From Octopus vulgaris (lineage: Eukaryota): 64,000 nucleotides of DNA. Below are positions 12,466-23,936 of this stretch, piece after piece. Numbering within the stretch: position 1 is the stretch's first letter; each line of letters starts with the position of its first letter. The notes beneath the pieces are model-generated. The model saw only the letters and a program-made list of their open reading frames with translations, was not told where the DNA came from and did no database searches. Location of the stretch: contig OX597817.1 in the NCBI GenBank assembly GCA_951406725.2, positions 9,300,001 through 9,364,000 of the forward strand, read 5' to 3'. The position numbers and the translations under genes are program-made.

Positions 12466-13514
12466 ATATCGACAAGAACTCTGAGAAACTGGTGTGGTTG
12501 CACAAAAATACCTTGTGTTTATTTTACATAAATTACACAGATACCTCTTGTTCTTGTTATTGGAAACACAGTAAACCATTGACTCATTGGAAACCTATAA
12601 CCAATAACACTGTTGTTCACAAAATACATGGTAAAAAGAAAACCCGACTCTTGTTTTGGTATGTTCATTAAAATCACAACCGGTTTTCTTAGACTGGCTG
12701 CTGCTAAGTTGCAGAGTTAATTTCATATTGAACACTTGCAATCATCATCATTTAGCACCTGCTTTCCATGCTGGCATGGGTTAGACGGTTTGACTGAATC
12801 TGGTAAGCTGGAGAGCTTACCAGGTTCCAATCTGATTTGGCATGATTTCTATAGCTGGATGCCTCTCGTAACACCAACCACTCCAAGAGTGTGATGGGTA
12901 CCTTTTACACTTCCTCCAGCATGGGTGCCAGTTATGTGACACTGGCATTGGCCACAACTATGTTTTCACTTGGCTTCATGACTTTTCTCAAGCACAGCAT
13001 ATTGACAAAAGTGTTTGGTTACTTAGCATAGCCTCTGTGAGGCCCCATGTTCAAAGGATACTTTTTACATACCACCAGCACAGGTGCCTGTTACATGACA
13101 CTAGCATTGGTCAAGACTACAGTTTCACTTGGCTTGATGGCTTTTCTCAAGCATAGCATATTGCGAAATGGTCTCAGTCATTTTTCATTGCTTCCATGAG
13201 GCCCAATGTTTGAAGATCATGCTTCACCACCTTGTCCTATGTCTTCCTTGAGTTCATTTCCCAGATAAGTTCTTGAGTTCATTTATGTTATAAATACCTT
13301 TAGGTTAAATGATTACATAACTTTCCATTTCCAGTTTTTCTAAAAAAAAATTCCAATTGTCATGACCTTGCAAGGAAAATGTTATTATAATGTTCAGAGC
13401 CCAGAATCTTCCCTCATCTCATTGTGAGCTACTTTTTGCATTTGCACAAAATTACATTTATCATAGAAATTCTATAAACTTCAAAATAGTGATTGGTTTT
13501 TGGAATTATTTCAG

Positions 13515-13731
13515 GTTACTCTCCCTACTGAAAAAGAACAATGCATTATTCCAAGTCACAGCCAGTCCAAAGATGCTGACAATTTGAGCCCACTATTGTC
13601 ATGGACAGTCCTATTACAAGAGAAACACCAAGGCATTGATTTCAATCAGAAAAACAATTTTGTTCATTACATTCGACTGCGAGAGATTGATAAAAGCAAC
13701 CAATATCAAATCTATGAATTAGAGCCTACAG
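13515..13731 (+). CDS. VPS13B: VPS13B exon 4
   Basis: tttcAG|GTT; ACAG|GTATTC; VTLPTEKEQC...YELEPT; phase 0-1 bridges the flanking exons. Confidence 0.78.
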
Positions 13732-13783
13732 GTATTCTGAAGGATTTTTGATAAACTTTGTAAATTTTATTTTATTTTATTAA

Positions 13784-14237
13784 CCCTTTAGCATTGAGAT
13801 TATTCTGTCAAATGTAAAGCTTATGTATTCACACCATGTAAAATTAATCTTGCCTCATTTCATGGCTTTGAGATTTCAATGATGTGATTGTTTATTTTTA
13901 AAATGACACAATAAGGTAGCTATGAATGACCATATCTGACTAGTTTGAACATAAAATAGGTAGAATATTTTGGCCGGATATGGCCAGTTTAAACACTAAA
14001 GGGTTAATTCATTTAACTTCACCTAATCCTTTACCATTCAGATTACTCTGTCAAATGTAATTCTTATTTATTCACATTCTTTTGAATTAATCATGGATTA
14101 TCTCACAGCTTTGCAATTACAGTGATATGATTGGTTACTTTTAGAATAACATTGTAGGGTAGGTGCAAGAGGCTGGATCAGTGTGAACATAAAACAGAAT
14201 AATTGAACTGGATATGTCTGGTTTAAAGTTTAAAGGG
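13784..14237. mobile_element. Two tandem piggyBac-type MITEs (P1): 13784-14003 and 14027-14237; degenerate copy about 43630-43843
   Basis: TTAA-CCCTTTAG...CTAAAGGG-TTAA. Confidence 0.85.
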
Positions 14238-14288
14238 TTAACTGTTTTTGTTGTGATTTTCAATCTCCTTTTTTGTTTGTCTCCACAG

Positions 14289-14534
14289 ATGAATCTGCTT
14301 GGTCTTTTCCTTTGAGAATAACTTCCAGTAAAGCTGGTGTTCGACTTACAACTTCTGTGCCAATAAAAGCCAGCAGCTATGCAACAACTCGTCCTTTGGT
14401 TATCAGTGGCCACACAGATGAAGGACTTACTTACTTTGTGGCAGAGCAAGATAATTCTCCGGGTTGCTTGATTTCAAACTGTTGTTCTTTCCCAGTTACC
14501 TACGGACAGACTTTAATGAATCTCAGCATAAGTG
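14289..14534 (+). CDS. VPS13B: VPS13B exon 5
   Basis: ccacAG|AT; AGTG|GTATGG; DESAWSFPLRI...LISNCCSFPVTYGQ; phase 1-1, 246 nt. Confidence 0.85.
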
Positions 14535-15392
14535 GTATGGAATTTATATTCTTGGACATTGTTTTTATTTCATATATTTCTTTAATTAAGACAAATGGAC
14601 ATAAATTGTTTATACAGGATCTACAGTGTGAGTTAAATGCTTGTGGCATTAGATATTGATTTAATTGGATGTTTCATTCTAATTAGAATAGTCAGATAAG
14701 ACTCTGCTCACCAGCCTCACCAAATCATATCTTTACGAAATTCTTACATGTGGTGTTGAGGAGAAGGGTGTTAGTGTGTATATTGTGGGTGTGTTTCATA
14801 ATTCATTGTATTCTCAGAGTATTATTAAGGAATTCTTCTTTATATAGCATTTGTGGAGAAAGTTATTTTTACCAATGCAATATGCATGCCCTAATTTGAA
14901 GCCATTGTTGTATTTCAGTGATAAGAAATCCTTGGTGCTTTTAGCAATTAACTTCATTTCTTCAAAATACTACCTACTTCATAACTAGGTACCATAGCCC
15001 ACAAGAGATAAATTAGAAGTTTTTGTCTATGAATACAGTTTAACATGAAATTATATGGGTCAAAATGTTGAACCTTTTATATATGAGCATCTATGTTACC
15101 TACTCAGTCAATTTAGGGTAGTTTGATATAACACTGGTTATTTATTTCAAAGGAGAATCACTCATTTTAAATTTGACTGTAGCTTAAATGAAACACAATT
15201 TTTACTTTGGAAAAAGCTTTGAAATAAAAATTTAACTTTAAGCTTACAGGCTTATTTTTACAGTTTACATTGTCAATTAGACTGTAAAACAATTTATAAT
15301 TCTTATTTACTTATTTTAGATTTTGTACTTGTAATTTTCAGTTTCCTTTTGGATTAATTTGGCGTTTCTTTCTTTATTTTTTTTCAAATTAG

Positions 15393-16676
15393 ATGTAACA
15401 GTTTTAGAAGAAACAGAGTATTTGGATGCTCTTCCTACAATAGCTGCTGGTAAATGTGTCTATTACACCATGCCATTTATTAATTCTACCTTCCCTGAAA
15501 TGCCAGGTAGCCAAATATTGCCAAAACTTCATATTGGTGTTTCATCACAGGACGAGGTTTGTGGGACTACAAAAGCACGGTGGAGCAGTGGAATTGATAT
15601 TTTGTCACATTACGATACTTTTCTCCGTATACCAAACTTTTCTGATATCAAAGTTCATGTGGAAAGAGTTAACATGACAACATACTTAATTTTGGAACCT
15701 GTTAGTAAAGCAGATATATCTGCAAAAGAAATCCGCAGTCGAATAAAAGGGCGGGAAACCACTGTTCTCATCAAGGATCAAATAACATCAGGTTCGAAGG
15801 AGACTGTTAAGAAATCATCAACATTTTCATCTGTTATGTCCTTACAAAAAGCTAATATGCTAACATCGTTAGATCCCAAGTGGGACATTTGTTTCAATTG
15901 TGGCTGTTTACTCAAAAATGTCTGTATTATCATACTCGATGAAATGAGCTCGTCTGATATAATTGGTGAAATCTTGTGTATCTCTCTGTCCAATTTTTTC
16001 TTGGCACACTATCCAGCAACGAACTTCCCATCACAGATGCTACAAATGTCGAAATCTTGTAGTAGCCTTTGCATCGGTGACATACAAATCGATAATCAAC
16101 TATTTCACAGAGCACAGTATGATTTCCCAGTCATTCTCATTCGGCAGCAGTCTCCAGCATCATCCAAAAAGACAACAATTCCTACAATCGAGAGTCACAT
16201 GAGTGCAATTGAAAAACATGCGATTTTGAAATCTGACAGCTTTCTACATTTACAATTAGTCTTGGAGACTGACGTTTCAAATTCTGGTTCCTTCATCAGA
16301 GCTTTAGACATTTCTGTACAGCCATTAGCTCTGTTTGTTGAAGACGCCTTCATTTATCGACTTTTCAAAGAACTTCAAGCATTCATTCCAACTCCACTCT
16401 CCTGTGAACCTCAAGAGTCCAGTAGTCTAAAGCATTTGCCACGATCACTGTTGCAAGCGGCAAAAGTTCACAATTCCCCAATCAGAATGCAATATTTGTG
16501 CATCCATCCTATCAACACATTACTCAGTGTACATGCATCATTGAAGCTTTTCATTGCATCAGACCATTCACCGTTATCATTTGGCAAGTTTGAGAAAGAT
16601 GAAATCTTTACATCATGCCAACATCTCATTCGCTCAATTACTATGCATTATGCGTCTGGAGCCTTGTTTCGTGCAG
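15393..16676 (+). CDS. VPS13B: VPS13B exon 6 (1284 nt; VPS13 C-terminal region)
   Basis: ttAG|AT; GCAG|GTAAGT; IGDIQIDNQL, YDFPVIL, SVHASLKLFIASDHSPLSF and MHYASGALFRAG match VPS13B as recalled. Confidence 0.95.
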
Positions 16677-17741
16677 GTAAGTGTTTTGAAGTTGCATTAT
16701 TGCTGTTTCCATGTTTATTGTTTTAAGAAACCATTGCAGTGTCAAAGTCCTTTCATACCTTGCTGTAGGTGAAGTGCTTCATTCACTCTTGAAATATCCA
16801 CTTATTAACTGTGTGTTGAATTATCAATACTTTGGTAGACTGACTTAGAAAAGCTGTCATCATCGTTGTTTTATATTCATTTTTTTCTATACTGGCATGG
16901 GTTGGAAGCAACTTTTTGAGGCAATTCTACACTTGAATACCTTGCTTGACATAGAACCTTACTGTTTTTGACCAAAAAGGTATTTTATTTCACTGATCTT
17001 TACATGTTGAGCTCCCAAGCTATCAAGCATTTTGCTTTTGCTGGACATAAACCAAATGCTGTCCAAACAGTGTTCATACAGAGACAAACACACAACCTTG
17101 CATGCACACATACAGGCGTACATATCTATATGTCAGTCAGTCCATTTTATAAAACAAGTTGGAAGAGCTTCTAGCCTTAGAAAGTAAGCCAAAAGTGAAA
17201 TATTCAAACAATACAAGGTCTTTAGACACAAACAAGAAAGCAGTAACTTCAAATAAGAATTGGCTATTATTATGATGACCTGTTCAACCCACCTTGGCAT
17301 AAAAAAACAGGTCTAAAATGCAGATGAGTTTCAGTTTGTATCTGCCTTACTCTTTTACTCTTTTACTTGTTTCAGTCATTTGACTGTGGCCATGCTGGAG
17401 CACCGCCTTTAGTCGAGCAACTCAGCCCCGGGACTTATTCATTGTAAGCCCAGTATTTATTCTATTGGTCTCTTTTGCCGAACCGCTAAGTGACGGGTTT
17501 CATTCACATGTCATTAGCCAACCCAAAACTATGGTAGAAAACACTTGCTCAAGGTGCTATATAGTGGAATCGAATCTGAAAACATGATTATAAAAGAAAC
17601 TTTTTAACCACCCAGTCAAGCCAGCATGTACGTATGGCTTTTCGAAATAAGGAGAATCTAATCCAAAAAGATTTTGGCATCTTTTCTATCTTACTTTCCC
17701 TCCTTTTTCGTCTACTTATTGTTTATTTATTTGATTTTCAG

Positions 17742-17918
17742 GAATAGTTGTTGGTTCTTTAGAAATTCTTGGGAATCCAACTGGTCTTGTGCGCAATATT
17801 GGCACAGGGGTGGCTGATCTGTTCAAGCTGCCAATCACTGGTCTAACACAAGGTCCTGGAGCTTTTCTTACCGGTGTATCCCAGGGAATGTCTTCATTGC
17901 TGAGAAATGTTACTGCAG
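17742..17918 (+). CDS. VPS13B: VPS13B exon 7
   Basis: ttcAG|GA; GCAG|GTATAC; VVGSLEILGNPTGLVRNIGTGVADLFKLP..GPGAF (human, recalled: VVGSLDILGSPASLVRSIGNGVADFFRLP). Confidence 0.95.
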
Positions 17919-18245
17919 GTATACTGTTTAAAATATTTTTTTTTTCCGTTTCACCAACTGTATCTCACTGACTTGTAATAAATTTAATGTAAAATCAATA
18001 AAAGATCATTAGCCAGCACATGATTAACAAAGAACATTAAAAATAGTGTTCGTTTAACACTTGAATAAAATGAAATGGAAATGTCTTGTAAGAGAAATGT
18101 CACAAACATTAGTGTATGTGGGTTTTTTTTTATATATAAAGTGCTGAACATTCACATAGACACACATACTGTAGGTTTGATATGTGCCATGACCAAAACT
18201 CTGCCCTTCAGTCGTTTTTATAATTTTCTACTGCTTAAAAATAGA

Positions 18246-18263
18246 ATGTGTGTGTGTGTATGT

Positions 18264-18325
<62 letters not shown>

Positions 18326-18352
18326 GTGTGTGTGTGCGTGTGTGCATGCACA
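18246..18352. repeat. (TG)n/(TATG) microsatellite
   Basis: Directly visible. Confidence 0.95.
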
Positions 18353-18901
18353 CAGTGAGTTTTGTACAGTCTCCATCTAACAGATTCACTCGGAAGCTAT
18401 TGATTGGCTGATGTATAAAGTTTTATTTGCTGCAAATACTATAGGAGTCACTCAAGACCTTGAGAGTTTCATGTCAAAATATTTTATACACTCTCTGTAA
18501 AGTGCTTTGGCAATGAAACTTGTCCCTTGGTAAATCTTGTATTCTCAGCAAATTATAGCAATCAATAATCTCTGTTGTCTGTTATAGGTAGTTTGAATAT
18601 CTGCACTTGGAAAGTTCCTCTCCAAAGTATAGGCTTGGGCAAGGTTTTGATAGAAGACCAGCACTAACCTGCACATGCAAGTTTCCTCTCTTCACATTGT
18701 AGATGTGGTTCAGGAGAAGAGCAAGGCTAGAGCAGTGTGACACCAACAAAGAGCTGAAGCTGAGATGAACAAAGCACTCCATCTGATGTTCTAGCAATTG
18801 TGCCAGTCTAGCATCATGGGCTCCTGAAAGGATGGAAAGTAAAGTTGACCTTAGTGGGATTTGAACTCAGACATCAGTTAGAACAAATCATCATCTGATA
18901 C

Positions 18902-18990
18902 TCGATGTAGCGTCAACAAGTGTCAGCGGGCGACTGACTGTCTTGTCAAGACAGTCAGTCGCCCGCTGACACTTGTTGACGCTACATCGA
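18902..18990. repeat. Perfect palindrome, 44-bp arms with 1-nt centre
   Basis: 18902-18945 is the reverse complement of 18947-18990. Confidence 0.97.
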
Positions 18991-20564
18991 AGAGACCAGG
19001 GAACAGAAGAAAGAAGAACAAAGAAGACACGCACCCAACACCAGAGCTGAAGACACCTCCGAAAGGGGGGGGGGGGGGGGCACGTCAAAACGGTAAAGGA
19101 GTAGGGGCCGAAACCGGATGTGGTTCCTCCTGATGACTTCTTGAGCTAACTGGATCCTATAAAGGAGCTGTTGTGGTAGCAGACCACGAAACACGGTTGA
19201 AATTCCTCCTTGGCTTTAGTGAGATTTGAACTCAGACATCAGTTAGAACAAATCACCATGTGGTACTCTCGTGTATTTGTGATTATTCTGGTGTGCAAAT
19301 GGGAGAAACCAGAGTATTTAGTACATCTACTTGAAAACTATTCCACGTGATATGAAACTCGGAGTAGCATCTGAGTTAAGCATTAACTTTGAATGAACTT
19401 GTTTGCAGTTTTAGGCTTCCCTCGTAACTACTTTGTTACCCACCGAATTACTGAAAAACCAAGGCTTCAGATTCATCATCTTGATGTTTTATCCTCAGAA
19501 AAATTCCTTCATCGGTGATCATCATTTTAACATCTGTTTTGCCATGTTGACTTTGGCTGACCTGTCCTGCAATATGACAAATCCCTATGTGACCAGCCTC
19601 AGTGTCTAGCACATCAAGACATGCCCTCATTAATAGAACGACGAAAACTAACTGCTTCAACAAGCAACTTTTCATGTTTTGTTAACTTTCATATCGCGGA
19701 GTTGTTGGCGTTAGGAAGGGCATCCAGCTGTAGAAACTCTGCCAGATCAGACTGGAGCCTGGTGCAGCCTCCATGGCTTACCAGACCCCGGTCAAACCGT
19801 CCAACCCGTGCTAGCGCGGAAAACGGGCGTCAAACGACGATGATGATGATGATGATGATGATGTGACATCATTACCCTCTGACACACATCCACACCTGCT
19901 ATAATCTACAAATGCTGCAACATTAAAAATTTGTGTCATTGTGGAGATTGTAAGTGATTTGATTCACTGTACTAATGGATGTAAGGTCAGAGTGCTGGTC
20001 TACTGAATAAATAATTCATCACTACTATCATCATCCTCATCATATTCATGCTTTCATCTTCCCGTGTTTACATGATGTTGACCCTAGGTTATAAGTTCAA
20101 AAGTATTCTGTCAAACCCATTATTGCACCTTAAACAAGGTACATAACTCTGCTTATCTCAATCTACATTTGAGTGATGTGGAGTAGGGATTGTGTGTGTG
20201 TGTGTGTAATGTATCAGGAATAAGATTCAGTTTACAAGAACACCAATGTAAAACATTGCAAAGTCCATCTTATACATGGTGGCTATTCATAAGGAGGACT
20301 AACAGCATTTGTTGTGGCTCTTTACACTCTGAGCTAAAGCTCTGATGAGGTTAACTTTGCCTTTCATCCATCCAGTGTTGGTAAGATAAAGTACTAGTCA
20401 AGTACTGGAGTCAACTGACAAATTGCTGGCCTTGTGCCTAAATCAGAAATGATTATTGTTATTATTATTTTCTTTTTGTGACTTAGTAGTCATAAATGAC
20501 AGGGTTGTGCCATAGCCTTTTTTTTTTTTTCTAAAGAGCCTCAGAGACTAGTGAGAAATAGAGA

Positions 20565-20970
20565 TAGATATGTTTCTTTATTAGCCACACAGGGATGGAC
20601 ACAGATGGGACAAGTTACAAGGTAGAGCTTTTCTTTTTGGGGATAAAAAAGGTGGGTTGGTTTTCAATCAAAAGGGATCGTAAATGGAAGGAAAGAGGAA
20701 AGCAAAAAAAAAAAAAAAATAATAATAATAAAAAAAAAAGGAAAAAGAAAAAAATCGATCAGTAGGGATCGTTATCATAGAAACGTCAGTGTAAAGGGGA
20801 AGACAGGTGAGGTTTACCTGTGGAAAGAAAAGCCTACGGAAAAGACCACAGTAACCTCGGTCAATGAAGTCACATGTTATATTTTTTTACAAATAAGCTA
20901 CTCTCTGTATTAATTTTTACAGTTCATAGGAGGATCGTAGTCAAGGTGGCTTCGTCATTCATGACTGATA
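20565..20970 (-). mobile_element. Probable LINE 3' end/UTR (Tx1/L1-like, tentative)
   Basis: Terminus (minus strand) TTGTCCCATCTGTGTCCATCCCTGTGTGGCTAATAAAGAAAC resembles the S3 tail; clade not shown by any ORF. Confidence 0.45.
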
Positions 20971-23765
20971 GGTTGCTTTGGGAGGAAGCAGCAGAATAAG
21001 ATATCCTCAGACTTGAGAGATGGTTCAATTGTTTTCAATAGAATGGATTTTGTTAAGGACTCTGAAAGGTTAAACATGAAGCAATTAATTTACAAGACTT
21101 AAGATCAATTATAACTTAATTTATTTATTTCTAATGACAGTGTTGTATTTCATCGTTCATCGTTTAGCGTCCGCTTTCCATGCTGGCATGGGTTGGACGG
21201 TGCAACTGGGGTCTGGGAAGCCAGAAGGCTGCACCAGGCCCAGTCTGATCTTGCAATGTTTCTACGGCTGGATGCCCTTCCTAATGCCAACCACTCCATG
21301 AGTGTAGTGGGTGCTTTTTACATGCCAGATGAGGCTGGCAAACGGCCACGGTCGGATGGTGCTTTTTACGAGCCACCGGCATGGAGGCCAGGCGAGGCTG
21401 GCAAACGGCCACGGTCGGATGGTGCTTTTTATGTGCCACCGGCATGGAGGCCAGGCGAGCTAATTGTTCATGATGCTTTCCTAACATCACTTTAACTCGA
21501 TCATAATAATTAACAATAAATAATATCTATGTTATAAAATATCATGCATCTAATGATCTCATATGTTTCTACCATGCCTCATTTATTATACGTTTATGCA
21601 TTATGAATAGAGTCATGTTGCTTTACCAGTTAGCAGAGTTGTTCTGGCTTTTTATGCTCTGAGATAAAATTTTATCAAGGTAATCTTTGCCGTTCATCTT
21701 TTCTGTGGTGGTGGTCGTGGTTGTGGTGGCAGGGTGCCAGTTAATGAAGTATCTGCTGAGAGCTGAGGATGTGTGAAATTGCTCGAGTGTTGGATGAGGT
21801 ATTTGCTCTGGCTCTGTGCTCTGAGAGCAACACCTGTGACAGCACTGATGCCAAACAGTATCAGCCCTTGCCCTTTCTTTCGGACAGCATCAGTGGCATG
21901 GAAAGAGAAGGCTTGTATACATGAGCAACTGGTAGTCTTCCTTAGAGAAAAAAAAATTATGCCTGCGCTTTGGAAAGGATCCTTCCAGATGCAGATCCAT
22001 GGTTTCATATGACAATATGGAAGGCTTTCAAGTTTCTCTTTGAAGTTGTTATTGTTGTTACCCTGATCTAGTAGACACAATGAAAGACATTCCATTTGTG
22101 ACTATCCTGTCTTTATAGAAGTACCTAAGACTATTGTCTAATTAATGCTTACTTTTTAAAGATTTTGTGGTGTGATTTAAGGGAGATTTGCCTACTGTTT
22201 CTAAAAGTTTGAGTGATCCCTCATAAGCGGTTTCCTCTGTTGGTTTGTCTTTGTTGATGTTATTGTTGCTAGGTAGTTCTGGTTTACTCTACTAGATTAA
22301 ACCAATGGTACAGAGGTAGCCTAGTCCAGCTTCCCAAGTATGCAAATATAAGACATCAAACATATTTGGTATATTATTTTAATCAAGCAACAACATTTGA
22401 TCAGCAATCTACAAGTGGCTGTGTATTCCTTGTCAGGAAACATTATTGTTGCCATTTTAGAGAAGGTATGACATTTTTGGAGAAACATTTTACTACTACA
22501 TTGAGAGTGTTAAGTGATCATCATCATCATCATCGTTTAACATCTGTTCTCCATGCTAGCATGGGTTGGACGGTTCGACCAGGGATCTGGGAAGCCAGAA
22601 GGCTGCACCAGGCTCCAGTCTTATCTGGCAGTGTTTCTACGGCTGGATGCTCTTCCTAATGCCAACCACTCCGTGAGTGTAGTGGGTGCTTTTTACATGC
22701 CACCGGCACAGGTGCCAGACGGGGCTGGCAAAATAACAGGTAAAATTCCTCATTGCCTCCCATCCTCTCATTTTTTGGCCCGGCTCTCTTCCACTGTCCC
22801 CTTAAAGATGTACACATACAGAAACATTTTGAAACCAGTGCAGAAAAGATTAGTTATGTAAAATAAGGTGCTGCTCAGTGAAATGGAAAAAGTTAACTGT
22901 TATGACATTTCAAATATTATCTTTCTTTGGAATAAGGTACAGAGTAGAAACAGAAGAGCCATTTGTGCAAAACTGCCCATGTGAAGCTGGCCTGTTAGAC
23001 TGGATGGATGCACACTCCTTATTCAGTTGATATACATTTTCTGTATTGTCTATATGTATCCTTGGAAGCAATGTAGATTAGAAACTGAACTTCTGGAGAG
23101 TAGGATTTATAACCTGGTTTTGATTCTTAATCTCACTTAATTCATATCATTTATGTTTTTAAGAATGGGTAAATTCCACAACTCTTGTCTTACTGCATTT
23201 CTTGTGATTTATCTTGTTGAACTACACTACCTTTGTGTTAAATAATTTTGGTAATAATGAAGAATTTAGTAAAATAACTTTATTATTATTATACTGGAGT
23301 TTGGTACATTAATTGGCATAAAATTTTTATAGAAGGTTTTAATTTAGTTCACATTAAGGTAGGAAGAGTGTATCAGAAATCCAGGAGCTGTCTTGGGCAG
23401 TTTGGTACCAAAGGGGTTCGTAAAACTAAACATCTTTTGATGGAAACTTCTGCTATCAAAACATCCCCAAAATTCATCATCATCATTATCATCATTTAGT
23501 GTCTGCTTTCTTTGCTAGCATGGGTGAGACAGTTTGACCGAAACTGGTAAACGGGAAAGTTGCACCAAGTTCCAGTCTGATTTGGTATGGTTTCTACAGC
23601 AGGACACCTTTCCTAATGCAAATTGATTTTATTTATTTTAGTTTGATGAAGTAAATAAAATATTGATTAAAATGATTTTGTGATATGATTTCTAAACGCT
23701 TTTATTAAATTTGATTTACTTAAGGAAAGCTTTGAACTTACATGCTTATTTATATTTTTCTTTAG

Positions 23766-23936
23766 GTACACTCACCTCTATAACAAACTTTGCATCCAGT
23801 GTATCTCGAAATATGGACCGCCTCTCACTAGATGCTGGTCATCTAGAACGGCAGGAAGAAAATCGAAGAATTCGCCCAACTGGTTTATCTGATGGTCTCA
23901 AACAAGGACTAAGTGGTCTAGGAATTAGTCTACTTG
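23766..23936 (+). CDS. VPS13B: VPS13B exon 8 (ATG2_C-like region)
   Basis: tttAG|GT; TTG|GTGAGT; GTLTSITNFASSVSRNMDRLSLD...LGISLLG. Confidence 0.95.

Noticed and set aside
21694-22095. 133-aa minus-strand ORF
   Set aside because: No recognisable motif or splice context; probably a decayed repeat I could not classify
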